A stretch of DNA of 64,000 nt, taken from Octopus sinensis. Taxonomy: Eukaryota. Below are positions 36,192-47,502 of the stretch, piece after piece; positions within the stretch are counted from its first letter, which is position 1; each line of letters begins with the position of its first letter. The stretch lies in assembly GCF_006345805.1 (NCBI RefSeq), contig NC_042999.1:2604001-2668000 (forward strand), in the 5' to 3' direction. The notes below the pieces were generated by a model. The model was not told where the DNA came from. It did not search any database and saw nothing but the letters and a program-made list of their open reading frames with translations. The translations under genes and the position numbers were made by a program.

Positions 36192-39100
36192 CTGTTTTTC
36201 GTTTGCGATCGTGTAACAGGCACGCGTTTCCTGGTTGACACAGGTGCGGAAGTCAGCATCATCCCAGTCTCCAACACTTCTGGAAAAAGAAAAGAGACAT
36301 CAGTCTGTCTTCAGGCAGTCAACCATTCACCCATTCCAACCTACGGTGAACAGTCCCTAACATTAAACATAGGACTACGCCGCACATTTCAGTGGGTATT
36401 CGTCGTCGCTAAACTGCCGACCCCTATCTTAGGAGCCGATTTCCTGCATCATTTCGGTCTCCTGGTAGACATAAAGAACAGACGACTTGTCGACACCACC
36501 ACCAAGCTTACTGTGCGCGGTATAGCCGCTCGAATGGACACAGTCAGCCCAACTGTAATGCTTACGACAACGACTCGTCACAGTTCCATCCTGAATGATT
36601 ATCCAGATGTCGCCCGGCCAGTTTTTCATAACCAGCCGATAAAGCACGACGTTACCCACCACATCAAAACCAGCGGTCCACCTGTTGCTGCAAGGCCCAG
36701 AAGGTTACCACCTGATCGTCTCCAGGCCGTCAAGCGGGAATTCCAGCACATGCTCGACCTCGGAATCATCCGCGTTTCCAGCAGCAACTGGTCCTCGCCG
36801 ATACACTGCTGCGTCCCAAAAAAATCATCGACCGATTGGCGGGTTTGCGGCGATTATCGATCACTGAATAAAAGCACTATCAGTGATGCCTATCCGGTGC
36901 CTTTTCTTCAGGACTTTTCGAGCTCGCTGCATGGAGCTCGCATCTTTTCAAAAATCGACCTGGTGCGAGCATACAACCAAATCCCAGTCGAACCTGCAGA
37001 CATCTCAAAGACAGCAGTGACTACACCTTTCGGAATGTTTGAATTCCTGCGTATGCCTTTCGGTTTACGAAACGCGGCACAGACATTCCAAAGGTTTATC
37101 GACATGGTGACTAGAGGTTTGCCTTTCGTCTATGCCTACATAGACGACATACTCGTGGCCAGTAACTCGGACGAAGAGCATAATCAACACCTTCACCTCC
37201 TGCTATTCGAACGTTTACGTAAATTCGGAATTGTTATCAACCCTACTAAATGTTTGTTCGGAGTTGCTTCCCTTCATTTTCTCGGCCATATAGTCGATAA
37301 AAATGGAATTCGTCCCCTTCCCGAGAAAGTCAAGGCCATCGTGGATTTTCCACCACCCACATCTCTCCGCAAATTAAGGGAATATCTCGGTCTAGCGAAT
37401 TTCTATCGACGGTTCGTGCCCCACCTCGCTGAAATAGCGCAACCGCTCACGGATTTGCTACGTCAGCGAACCTGCAAAAACGCAGATATAGCTCTGACCG
37501 AAGATCAACTCGTTTCTTTCGCTGCCCTGAAAAAAGCGTTATCTAGCGCTACCATGTTGGTTTATCCAAAACCAGACGCCCCACGATGTTTACTCGTTGA
37601 TGCATCCGATTCCGGAATCGGAGGTGTGCTACAACAGCTTGTTGACGGTATATGGCAACCGTTGTCTTTCTTTTCTAAGCGGTTAAAACCCGCGGAAACC
37701 AAATACAGCACATTCAGTCGGGAATTATTGGCGGCATACCTGGCCGTTAAGCATTTCCGTCATATGCTAGAAGGTACCAATTTTGCCATATATACCGACC
37801 ACAAGCCATTAGTATACGCATTTAACACCAAACCGGATCGCCATTCGCCGAGAGAAATACGCCACCTCGATTTCATATCGCAGTACACGACGGATATACG
37901 CCACATCAAAGGGACGACCAACGTGGCAGCCGATGCACTTTCACACGTGCGCAGATCAATGCTATCCACACCACGTCTACAATTGATCTGGCACGTATAG
38001 CAGCTGACCAGGAGAATGACGAAGAACTTCTAAAGCTCCGGAATTCGTCATCTCTGAAATTTCAGCATGTTCCACTACCATCATCCACAGCCCATATTTG
38101 GTGTGATATTTCCACTGGTTACCAACGCCCTTATGTACCACAGAAATATCGTCGAGAAGTTTTCTCCGCTCTACATTCTCTGTCACATCCTGGTATTCGC
38201 TCCACTCAAAAGCTAATATCGACCCGTTTTGTGTGGACCAGTATCAACAAGGATATCAGAGAATGGACCAAGTGCTGTGTTGCGTGCCAAAAAGCGAAAA
38301 TCCACCGGCACATAAAATCACCAATCGGTTCATTTTCGCAGCCCGATGCACGATTTCAGCACGTTCACATTGATATCGTTGGACCCCTGCCACCTTCGCA
38401 GAACTATTCATATTTGCTAACTTGCGTAGATAGGTTCTCGCGATGGCCCGAAGCCTGGCCCCTATCTGATATATCAGCAGAAACGGTCGCTAAAACGCTG
38501 ATATCACAATGGGTTTCGCGTTTTGGCACACCCGCAACAATTACCACCGACAGAGGACGTCAGTTCGATTCCCACCTTTTCACACGAGCTGACTCGTCTC
38601 CTCGGGTGTAAACACACCCGCACTACAGCTTACCACCCTGCAGCAAATGGCATGGTGGAACGCTTTCATCACCGCCACTCAAGGCATCTATAAAAGCAGC
38701 TCCAGACAGTTCTCACTGGTTGGAACATCTCCCTCTCATCCTCCTTGGAATTCGATCCACGATTAAGGAAGAACTGGGATATACTCCGGCCGAACTCGTT
38801 TATGGCACAACACTCACCTTACCTGGGCAGATGATCGAACCTGTTTCACAAAACTTCCCTGACCCACAACAATATGTGCACCGATTACGAACATCCATGT
38901 CGCAAGTATCACCCTCAGGCCCTAGACAACAGAACGTCGTTTCACACGTGTCCCAAAAGATATCAACACATGGACTCATGTCTTCGTGAGGAATGATGGG
39001 ATACCCTCTCAACTTCGACCACCATATTCCGGGCCCTACAAGGTCATCAAAAGAGAACCCAAGTATTTCGTCCTCGATATTGGAGGTAAACGAAATACGG

Positions 39101-39311
39101 TCTCGATTGATCGTTTAAAAAAGCTTTCATCGAGGAGGACTTACATTCAGTCCCCTCTTTTCCTCAAACAGACTCGGCAACTCCAGCGAACACCACAGAT
39201 GCTGCACAACCCCGACACACCACCAAATCAGGAAGAACAGTTCGATGGCCAGCAAGGTTTGTGCAAGTTTTTCGGGTAAGTTCTGAACTCCTAACGTATC
39301 CATCTTCCTAA
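36130..39311 (+). pseudogene. pol: Pol: protease, RT, RNase H, integrase with GPY/F (five frameshifts after ~37950)
   Basis: [82 protein letters not shown], and TKSGRTVRWP near the end. Confidence 0.95.
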
Positions 39312-39885
39312 TGAACACATAACTGCATCACCCACCCAGAGAAATCAAAGAACATTTGTGTACGTAAAGAAAAAAAAATGAAAACAAAACTGTCTGTATG
39401 AACTTTTACGGAACATTTCAAAATCGAACTTTGCCGATGAACATTTCTTTCATTTTTGCATGTACATATTTTTTGTTTTCTCTTCAAAATGTTTGCTTTC
39501 TCATAAATATATTTTTTTGCTAACTGTATATCCACACACATTTACAAATCTTGTTCTCATGCGTGCTATCACTCGATTTTTTTTTCGCCACTGAAAGATA
39601 CCTTGTCTCTATTAGACCTCTAGTAGGTCGAGTAATCAATAGACGCACATCTCTTTCAACGCGCCAACATAATTCTGCCTGGGCACATATACATATTGCC
39701 CACCATATAGCACATACAAATTGTAAACCTTTCATCCATATTTTTATCGTTCAATGTGTAAAAAAAAAAATTTTTTTCTACATGCACACAATCAAAAAAA
39801 AAAAAAATAATAAAAATAATAATAATAATACATTTCCAATATCGTTCGATCTCTGTGGCTTTCTCTGTGGCTTTCTCTGTGGTAG

Positions 39886-40469
39886 TGTAAGAATTAGCAC
39901 TTCCTTCTCAAAGCTTGGATTCGAAATCAGACCCAAGAATCATTGGTCGTAAAATACCAATGCACAAAAAGGCGCGAAATCAGAATCTCTTTGTTCTGAC
40001 AAAAAATGATGGATCGTCTCCCTTCGACCTCTGACCCGAGCAGGTCAGGCGAAGTTTAACAGGACGACCAGCGACCTACTGTACGCAATAACACTCTTGC
40101 GGTATATCTATTTTTCTGGCTATTTGAGATGTTATAAATAGAACGGAGAAATAGGTAACCAGGGAGAACCCGAACCAACGTTTAAGAGAACGACACGCAT
40201 TTATGAGGACGACGAAAGAATAATCAGAAAGGTGACTCTGTCATGCATGATTTACACACACACACACACACACACCATCAAACATATTCTGCTTTAATGT
40301 GTATCCTGTATTATGCATTCCTTTAATATGTATTATTTGCAACCACTATTTAATATGCATTTTGTACAAGCGATGTGTAACATTGCTTACAAATTGATGT
40401 AGTGATAATAAATCTTTAATTTATTACAAAGCACTTATGTATTTATAATACATCCACGCATCCACTACA
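39886..40469 (+). repeat. 3' LTR (584 bp)
   Basis: Differs from the 5' LTR by 3 substitutions and 4 single-base indels (manual alignment). Confidence 0.97.
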
Positions 40470-40473
40470 CATG

Positions 40474-41552
40474 TACGAGACGCTGCTAGTAAGGTGAGGT
40501 TGGCAACGAGTACATGAAGATTCCGGTAGAGGTTGGGGTCCACCAAGGTTCATCCTCAGTCCCCTCCTATTTATCATAGTCCTCCAGCAATAACGGAGAA
40601 TTAAGACAGGATGCCCCTGGAGCTCCTCTATGCTGATGACCTTGCTCTAATTGCTGAGTCACTATCAGAACTGGAGGAGAAGTTTTCAGGTGTGGAAACA
40701 AGGATTAGATCGAAGGGCTGGAATCAACCTAGCCAAAACCAAAGTCCTAATAAGTAGGAAGGTGGACCAATCACAAACGACTTCAGTAGATGGCCCTGCT
40801 CGATCTGTAAAAAGGTGTAGGTAGAAACTCTATAGGTGGCACCAAGTGTAAGCTATGGACACATAAGAGGTGCAGCAATGTCAAAGGAAGGCTAACTAGG
40901 AAAATAGTTTTTGTCTGTGGCAGATGCTCAGGAGCAATAAACACTGGAAATGTGCAGAGACCAACTTCTACCACGTTCCAGGGAGACAAACTAGAAGTAG
41001 TTGATAGCTTCCGCTACCTAGGAGTGCTGAAAGTGTAACTGCTAGAGTAAGAATAGCTTGGGCAAAGTTTAGAGAGCTCTTGCCCCTGCTGGTGACAAAA
41101 GGCCTCTCGCTCAGAGTAAAAGGCAGACTGTATGATGCATGTGTACGTACAGCCATGCTACATGGTAGTGAAACATGGGCCGTGACTGCTGAGGATATGC
41201 GTAAGCTTGCAAGAAATGAAGCCAGTATGCTCCGATGGATGTGTAATGTCAGTGTTCATAATCGTCAGAGTGTAAGTACCTTGAGAGAAAAGTTGAACCT
41301 AAGAAGCGTCAATTGTGGTGTGCAAGAGAGACGGCTGCGCTGGTATGGTCATGTGACGAGAATGGCTGTAGATAGTTGTGTGCAAAAGTGCTACACCCTA
41401 GCAGTTGAGGGAACCTGTGGAAGATGTAGACCCAGGAAAACCTGGATGAGGTGGTGAAGCACGACCTTCGAACTTTAGGTCTCACCAAGGAAATGACTAG
41501 AGACCGAGACCTATGGAAGTATGCTGTGCATGAGAAGACCCGGCAAGAGTAG
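40474..41552 (+). pseudogene. RTE ORF2, 3' part: RT (YADD), PHD-like finger and C-terminus
   Basis: GVHQGSSLSPLLF, LLYADDL (40629-40640), Cys/His cluster at 40791-40930, GSETW, LRWYGHV, RPRKTW, then EKTRQE*. Confidence 0.92.
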
Positions 41553-43524
41553 TCAGGCCATAACCCGTGGCCCCTACCTGGGACGTAGTCAGTCCACCTG
41601 TGCATACCTTCCTTCTTGTGACACTTGTGAAGACCTGTTGAGGCAAGTGAAAGTGAAAATCAAAATAAAATAGATGATCATCAATGGAATTTGTATCTTT
41701 GTTACCAGTGCCGGTGGCACATAAGAAAACCATCCGAACGTGGCCGTAGCCAGTAGCGCATTGACTGGCCTCCGTGCTGTGGGCACATAGCAAACACCAT
41801 CCAATCGTGGCCGTTCGCCAGCCTCATCTGGCACCTGTGTCGGTGGCACATAAAGACACCATCCGAAGACCCGGCAAGACTAGTCAGGCCATAACCCGTG
41901 GCCCCTACCTGGGACGTAGTCAGTCCACCTGTGCATACCTTCCTTCTTGTGACACTTGTGAAGATCTGTTGAGGCAAGTGAAAATCAAAACAAATCAAAA
42001 TAGATGAACATCAATGGAATTTGTATCTTTGTGGTTCCAGTGCCGGTGGCACACAAGAAAACCATCCGAACGTGGCCGTAGCCAGTACCGCATCGACTGG
42101 CCTCCGTGCTGTGGGCATGTAACAAACACCATCCGATCGTGGCCGTTCGCCAGCCTCATCCGGCACCTGTGTCGGTGGCACATAAAAACACCATCCGAAG
42201 ACCTGGCAAGACTAGTCAGGCCATAATCCGTGGCCCCAACCTGGGACGTAGTCAGTCCACCTGTGCATACCTTCCTTCTTGTGACACTTGTGAAAACCTG
42301 TTGAGGCAAGTGAAAGTAAAAATCAAAATAAAATAGATGAACATCAATGGAATTTGTATCTTTATGGTACCAGTGCCGGTGGCACACAAGAAAACCATCC
42401 GAACGTGGCCGTAGCCAGTACCGCGTCGACTGGCCTCCGTGCTGTGAGCACGTAACAAACACCAACCGATCATGTCCGTTCGCCAGCCTCATCAGGCACC
42501 TGTGTCGGTGGCACATAAAAACACCATCTGAAGACCCGGCAAGACTAGTCAGGCCATAACCCGTGGCCCCTACCTGGGACGTAGTCAGTCCGCCTGTGCA
42601 TACCTTCCTTCTTGTGACACTTGTGAAGACCTGTTGAGGCAAGTGATCAAATCAAAACAAATCAAAATAGATGAACATCAATGGAATTTGTATCTTTGTG
42701 GTACCAGGGCCGGTGGCACACAAGATAACCATCCGAACATGGCCGTAGCCAGTACCGCATCGACTGGCCTCTGTGCTGTGGGCTCATAACAAACACCATC
42801 CGATTGTGGCCATTCGCCAGCTTCATCTGGCACCTGTGTCGGTGGCACATAAAAACACCATCCGAAGACCCGGCAAGACTAGTCAGGCCATAACCCGTGG
42901 CCTCTACCTGGGACGTAGTCAGTCCACCTGTGCATACCTTCCTTCTTGTGACACTTGTGAAGACCTGTTGAGACAAGTGATCAAATCAAATCAAATCAAA
43001 TCAAATCAAAATAGATGAACATCAATGGAATTTGTATCTTTGTGGTACCAGTGCCGGTGGCACACAAGAAAACCATCCGAACGTGGCCGTAGCCAGTACC
43101 GCATCGACTGGCCTCCGTGCTGTGGGCACGTAACAAACACCATCCATCTGGCACCTGTGTTGGAGGCACATAAAAACATCATCCGAAGACCCGGCAAGAC
43201 TAGTCAGGCCATAACCCGTGGCCCCTACCTGGGACGTTGTCAGTTCACCTGTGCATACCTTCCTTCCTTCTTGTGACACTTGTGAAGACCTGTTGAGGCA
43301 AGTGAAAATCAAATCAATCAAATCAAAATAGATGAACATCAATGGAATTTGTATCTTTGTGGTACCAGTGCCGGTGGCACACAAGAAAACCATCCGAACG
43401 TGGCCGTAGCCAGTACCGCATCGACTGGCCTCCGTGCTGTGGGCACGTAAGAAACACCATCCGATCGTGGCCGTTCGTCAGCCTCATCTGGCACCTGTGT
43501 CGGTGGCACATAAAAACACCATCC
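41534..43524 (+). repeat. Tandem array of six 321-340-bp units in the RTE 3' UTR
   Basis: Unit starts (GAAGACC.GGCAAGA) at 41534, 41865, 42197, 42530, 42864 and 43185; two further ~62-bp cassettes follow at 43525-43640. Confidence 0.95.
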
Positions 43525-43929
43525 GAGCGTGGCCGTTCGCCAGCCTCGTCTGGCACCTGTGTCGGTGGCGCATAAAAACACCATCCGAGCGTGGCCGTTC
43601 GCCAGCCTCGTCTGGCACCTGTGTCGGTGGCACATAAAATCACCCACTACACTCTCGGAGTGGTTTGCGTTAGGAAGGGCATCCAGCTGTAGAAACACTG
43701 CCAGATCTGACTGGCCTGGTGCAGCGTTCGGGCTCCCCAGACCCCAGTTGAACCGTCCAACCCATGCTAGCATGGAAAGCGGACGTTAAATGATGATGAT
43801 GATGATGATGATGATGATTCACTGTCACTGCTATATCTCCAATGTTATGTCTCAATATCGCTATGTATCTATCTTGGCAAAAGCACATCCTCAGAATATC
43901 TGGGACCACATGGTGTTGGGTGTATGTCT

Positions 43930-44380
43930 TCTTTCTCCTTCTTTCCTCTGCTCCCTGGCCTCTTCAATGTAGCATCAACGAGTGTCAGCGGGCCCCACAT
44001 CTTGTGAGATGGGGCTACTGTTGCACTCATACAAACACTCTAGACCACATTGAAAGAGAAGCCACTGGAGTATTCCTATATTCCAAAAATCCCTATATTC
44101 CAAATAGGCCAAAGGATTAAGCAAAACATGAACAGCATCAAAGTCGCCAGTTTTCATAAGTGCAGTAACAAAGTTTGCTTGCAGGTTCAAACCTAGTTTC
44201 TCAGGAGGATGTTCAATGTGTTTTCGTTGTCCCTAACCACCCACAAAAATGTTAGGGGTACGTTTTTATCCCCTGCACTCCTTGTTCCCAAATCTGTGCC
44301 AGCGTTGCATGTTCTGCAAAGGACTGTAGGCACTGCTGCTTACTCAATGTCCACCAAGTAACATGAAATATCAAAGAACT
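43930..44380 (-). pseudogene. Possible degraded Gypsy integrase remnant
   Basis: PLAYLEYR(NTP) motif is recovered after removing a 17-bp duplication (44075/44092); otherwise riddled with stops. Confidence 0.3.
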
Positions 44381-44396
44381 GAGCCAGATACAATCA

Positions 44397-44565
44397 AGAC
44401 AAAGACTTGAAAGTGGTGCCCCAGGAAGGCCACAAAGCAAAGTCTTGAAAGTGGTGCCCCAGGAAGGTCACAAACCAAAGTCTTGAAAGTGGTGCTCCAG
44501 TAAGGCCACAAAGCAAAGTCTTGAAAGTGGTGCCCCAGTTTGACCACAAACCAAATTCTTGAACC
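44397..44565. repeat. 38-bp minisatellite, ~4.3 copies
   Basis: TTGAAAGTGG recurs at 44407, 44445, 44483 and 44521, with a partial copy at 44559. Confidence 0.92.
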
Positions 44566-44899
44566 AGTCCAGAAGCAGTAAATAAAACTATGTTTGATGA
44601 ATAACATTATGCTATCAGCTAATTATAATTAAATCTAGTTTGTATTATTTATGTCTTCCTGAACAGTTTTCGTTGGTGGATGTGTTACTCTGCTGGGCCA
44701 CAAAACTGATATCTGAACTGCTCAGTGTCATGTTATATTGACATAATAGAGTTACTGGCGTTACATCCCGCAAATGAACAATGCTAGAAAGCTTGGCTCA
44801 TTATCAATTATCTAATAGCTAATTAACTTACTGTAAATACATGTATTGTGTCAGTATTTGATTATTTCCTGGATGTAAGATGCACACATTGTGCAGCCA

Positions 44900-44960
44900 T
44901 GCATATTTATATATATACATGCATACACATACGTATATATATACACACACATATATATAC

Positions 44961-45009
<49 letters not shown>

Positions 45010-45042
45010 CACATGCGTATATATACACACATATATATATAT

Positions 45043-45076
<34 letters not shown>

Positions 45077-45097
45077 CACATACACATGCGTATATAT

Positions 45098-45154
<57 letters not shown>

Positions 45155-45245
45155 CATATATATGTGTGTGTGTGTGTATATATATATATATGTAAGTGCA
45201 TATATATATATATATGTGTGTGTGTGTACATATATACATAGTGTA
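44900..45245. repeat. Compound (TA)n/(CA)n microsatellite with repeated blocks
   Basis: The block ATACACATACACATGCGTATATATACACACATAT recurs. Confidence 0.9.
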
Positions 45246-45939
45246 TGCTATAATATATGTTTAAATTTTACTTTCCTATTGTTATATTCCACATTGTTTA
45301 CCAACAAATAGTTTGATTAACTCTGCTGCTAAGACGGCTTATATGTTCATACATTATGGTTTCTCCCGTAATCAGTATGGTCGTATTAAATCTTCCTATA
45401 TCACCATCCCCTTCTCTTCCTTAAGGGCAAACAGGCATAAAGTCATTCACAGACAATCTTCAGTTTCAACTCCACAAGTATGCTGTCTCTTTGCACTTCC
45501 TTTTCTTCTGATACTATAACGGCCTGTGCTCGTCAGAGCTAGCTGAGCACCTGCCCCCGCTGTAAGGCATTACCAACGCACCAGCTTCTCCTCCTCTCAA
45601 CATCTTTGTTATATCCATCTCTACAAGCCCTGTACTAATCATTACACTCAATCCTTCCTTCCCTAAACTTTGGCCTTCCGTGTTGCATTAGCATCCCAGT
45701 TCACTGATTTAACACTCACCCCACTGGGGCAGTGAGCGCGTCAGCTTCCACGGATGCTGTAGTAGGGTTTGTCGTTGAAGAAGGTGTGATGTACATGAGG
45801 AATATTGCGTTGGCTGGGTCATGCCCTCCGTCGTCAACCAGGAGAATTCATCTAGAAAGCAATTGTCCCAGCTCCCTTTCAGGGTTGGCAAAAGCGATGT
45901 GGTGGTCAATGAAAAACCTGGCTGATGACAGTCAAGGCT

Positions 45940-46115
45940 GATCTGGAACTCAACCTAGGCCCCCATATCTACGGCGTTCGCGGCTAGAATAAGGAGTGGT
46001 TGGAGATCACACGGTTGTTAGCCTCAAATCGCCAGGTCTGGTCGGCATTTGTGAGAGATGCAGGATTGAGTATGAATGAAGCCAGCTCAATCCACCCTGG
46101 GTGAATGCTGTCTCA
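45940..46115 (+). mobile_element. RTE-type LINE 3' end (family of 1600-1722)
   Basis: NRQVWSAFVRDA..ASSIHPG* followed by a CAAGTCAAGTAA tail. Confidence 0.6.
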
Positions 46116-46383
46116 AGTCAAGTAAACTTTGGCCCTCTGAAATTTTCCATACAATGGTCTTTCCTACTGGTGCTGTCTTACAAAAGCCTAAGAGGTTTAT
46201 CAATGGCACCGATCTCACCTGTCTTGAGTCGGGTAAAGTTCATGTGCAATATCTCTTGCAGCTTACTTAAAAATCTAAACGATCTTTCATATCATCGTCT
46301 ATTAATGTGCCTCCATCATACCACTTTGTCTCTCCCATCATGCTGGCAGCATCATGAGGGACAGAATCACAGTTCTTTCTATA

Positions 46384-46616
46384 TATTTCTTTACTACCCA
46401 CAAGGGGCTAAACATAGAGAGGACAAACAAAGACAGACAAACGGATTAAGTCGATTACATCGACCCCAGTGTGTAACTGGTACTTAATTTATTGACCCCG
46501 AAAGGATGAAAGGCAAAGTCGACCTCGGCGGAATTTGAACCCAGAACGTAACGCCAGACGAAATACGGCTATGCATTTCACCCGGCGTGCTAACGATTCT
46601 GCCAGCTCACCACCTT
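46384..46616 (-). mobile_element. SINE family B with 17-bp TSD
   Basis: TCACAGTTCTTTCTATA at 46367-46383 and 46617-46633. Confidence 0.92.
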
Positions 46617-46990
46617 TCACAGTTCTTTCTATAATTAATCTATTCACTTCTTTGTTGCTGGCCATCGTTCACACCCTCTGTTTCTCTACCTTTATCACTC
46701 ATTACTCCATCATTTTGAGTTCATTCCTGATATCCAAATTTCAACTCCCTTATCAATCTTCTTTTCTCTTCCCTGTTTCTGTCACATTATTCCATCTTCT
46801 ATCACTCATTTTTGATATACATCACATTATGCATACTTTCTAAATTAATTGTTATGTAAGACTCGCAGAAAATCTTACAAGATATTTATTAAGGTAAACT
46901 TCATAGGTTTCAAACACAAGGATTTACCTTGTATAATTTATATACAGTTCTGTGTGCTTGTTTATAAATAACATCATCTTTCATAGCTAC

Positions 46991-47215
46991 CTATTTCTTT
47001 ACTACCCACAAGGGGCTACACATAGAGGGGACAAACAAGAACAGACTAACGGATTAAGTCGATTATATCGATCCCAGTGCATAACTGGTACTTATTTAAT
47101 CGACCCCGAAAGGATGAAAGGCAAAGTCGACCTCGGCAGAATTTGAGCTCAGAATGTAGCGGCAGACGAATACCGCTGAGCATTTCACCCAGCGTGCTAA
47201 CATTTCTGCCAGCTA
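46991..47215 (-). mobile_element. SINE family B
   Basis: Reverse complement of family B. Confidence 0.88.
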
Positions 47216-47309
47216 CCCTGCCAGTCCCCTTCTTTCTCAGGATCCCTGCGTGTGACCACGAGCCTTACCTGAGGGTTTGATATTCATTTGATAGTCGATG
47301 CCAGCTCCT

Positions 47310-47502
47310 CTGGCCCCTGTGCCAGTGGCACATAAAAAGCACCCACTACGCTCTTGAAGTGGTTGGCGTTAAGAAGGGCTTCCAGCTGTAGAAACTTTGC
47401 CAGATAAGATTGGAGCCTGGTGCAGGCTTCCCAGAGCCCAGTTGAACCGTCCAACCACGCCAGCATGGAAACCAGACGTAAAGCTATGATGATGATGATG
47501 AT
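47310..47502 (+). mobile_element. 5'-truncated RTE 3' tail
   Basis: GTGCCAGTGGCACATAAAAAGCACCCACTAC...GCCAGCATGGAAACCAGACGTAA followed by (TGA)n. Confidence 0.85.

Larger units (their letters stand above)
34581..40469 (+). mobile_element. Ty3/Gypsy LTR retrotransposon, CsRN1/Kabuki-like clade
   Basis: TG...CA LTRs, CATG TSD (34577-34580 and 40470-40473), Trp PBS, CHCC Gag, and PR-RT-RH-IN order. Confidence 0.97.
32300..43817 (+). mobile_element. Near full-length RTE-clade LINE, interrupted by a Gypsy insertion, with an amplified 3' UTR
   Basis: APE domain, RT, C-terminus ending TAG at 41550-41552, and terminus CCAACCCATGCTAGCATGGAAAGCGGACGTTAAA(TGA)n at 43758-43817. The 5' boundary is approximate and no TSD was found. 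Confidence 0.93.

Noticed and set aside
39312-39952. env-like or antisense accessory ORF in the Gypsy 3' region
   Set aside because: Only short, AT-rich, low-complexity frames are present, with no signal peptide, furin site or TM pattern.
41534-43640. CRISPR-like repeat/spacer array
   Set aside because: The intervening segments are themselves repeated in fixed order, units are ~62 and ~330 bp, there are no cas genes, and the array is demonstrably a eukaryotic LINE 3' UTR.
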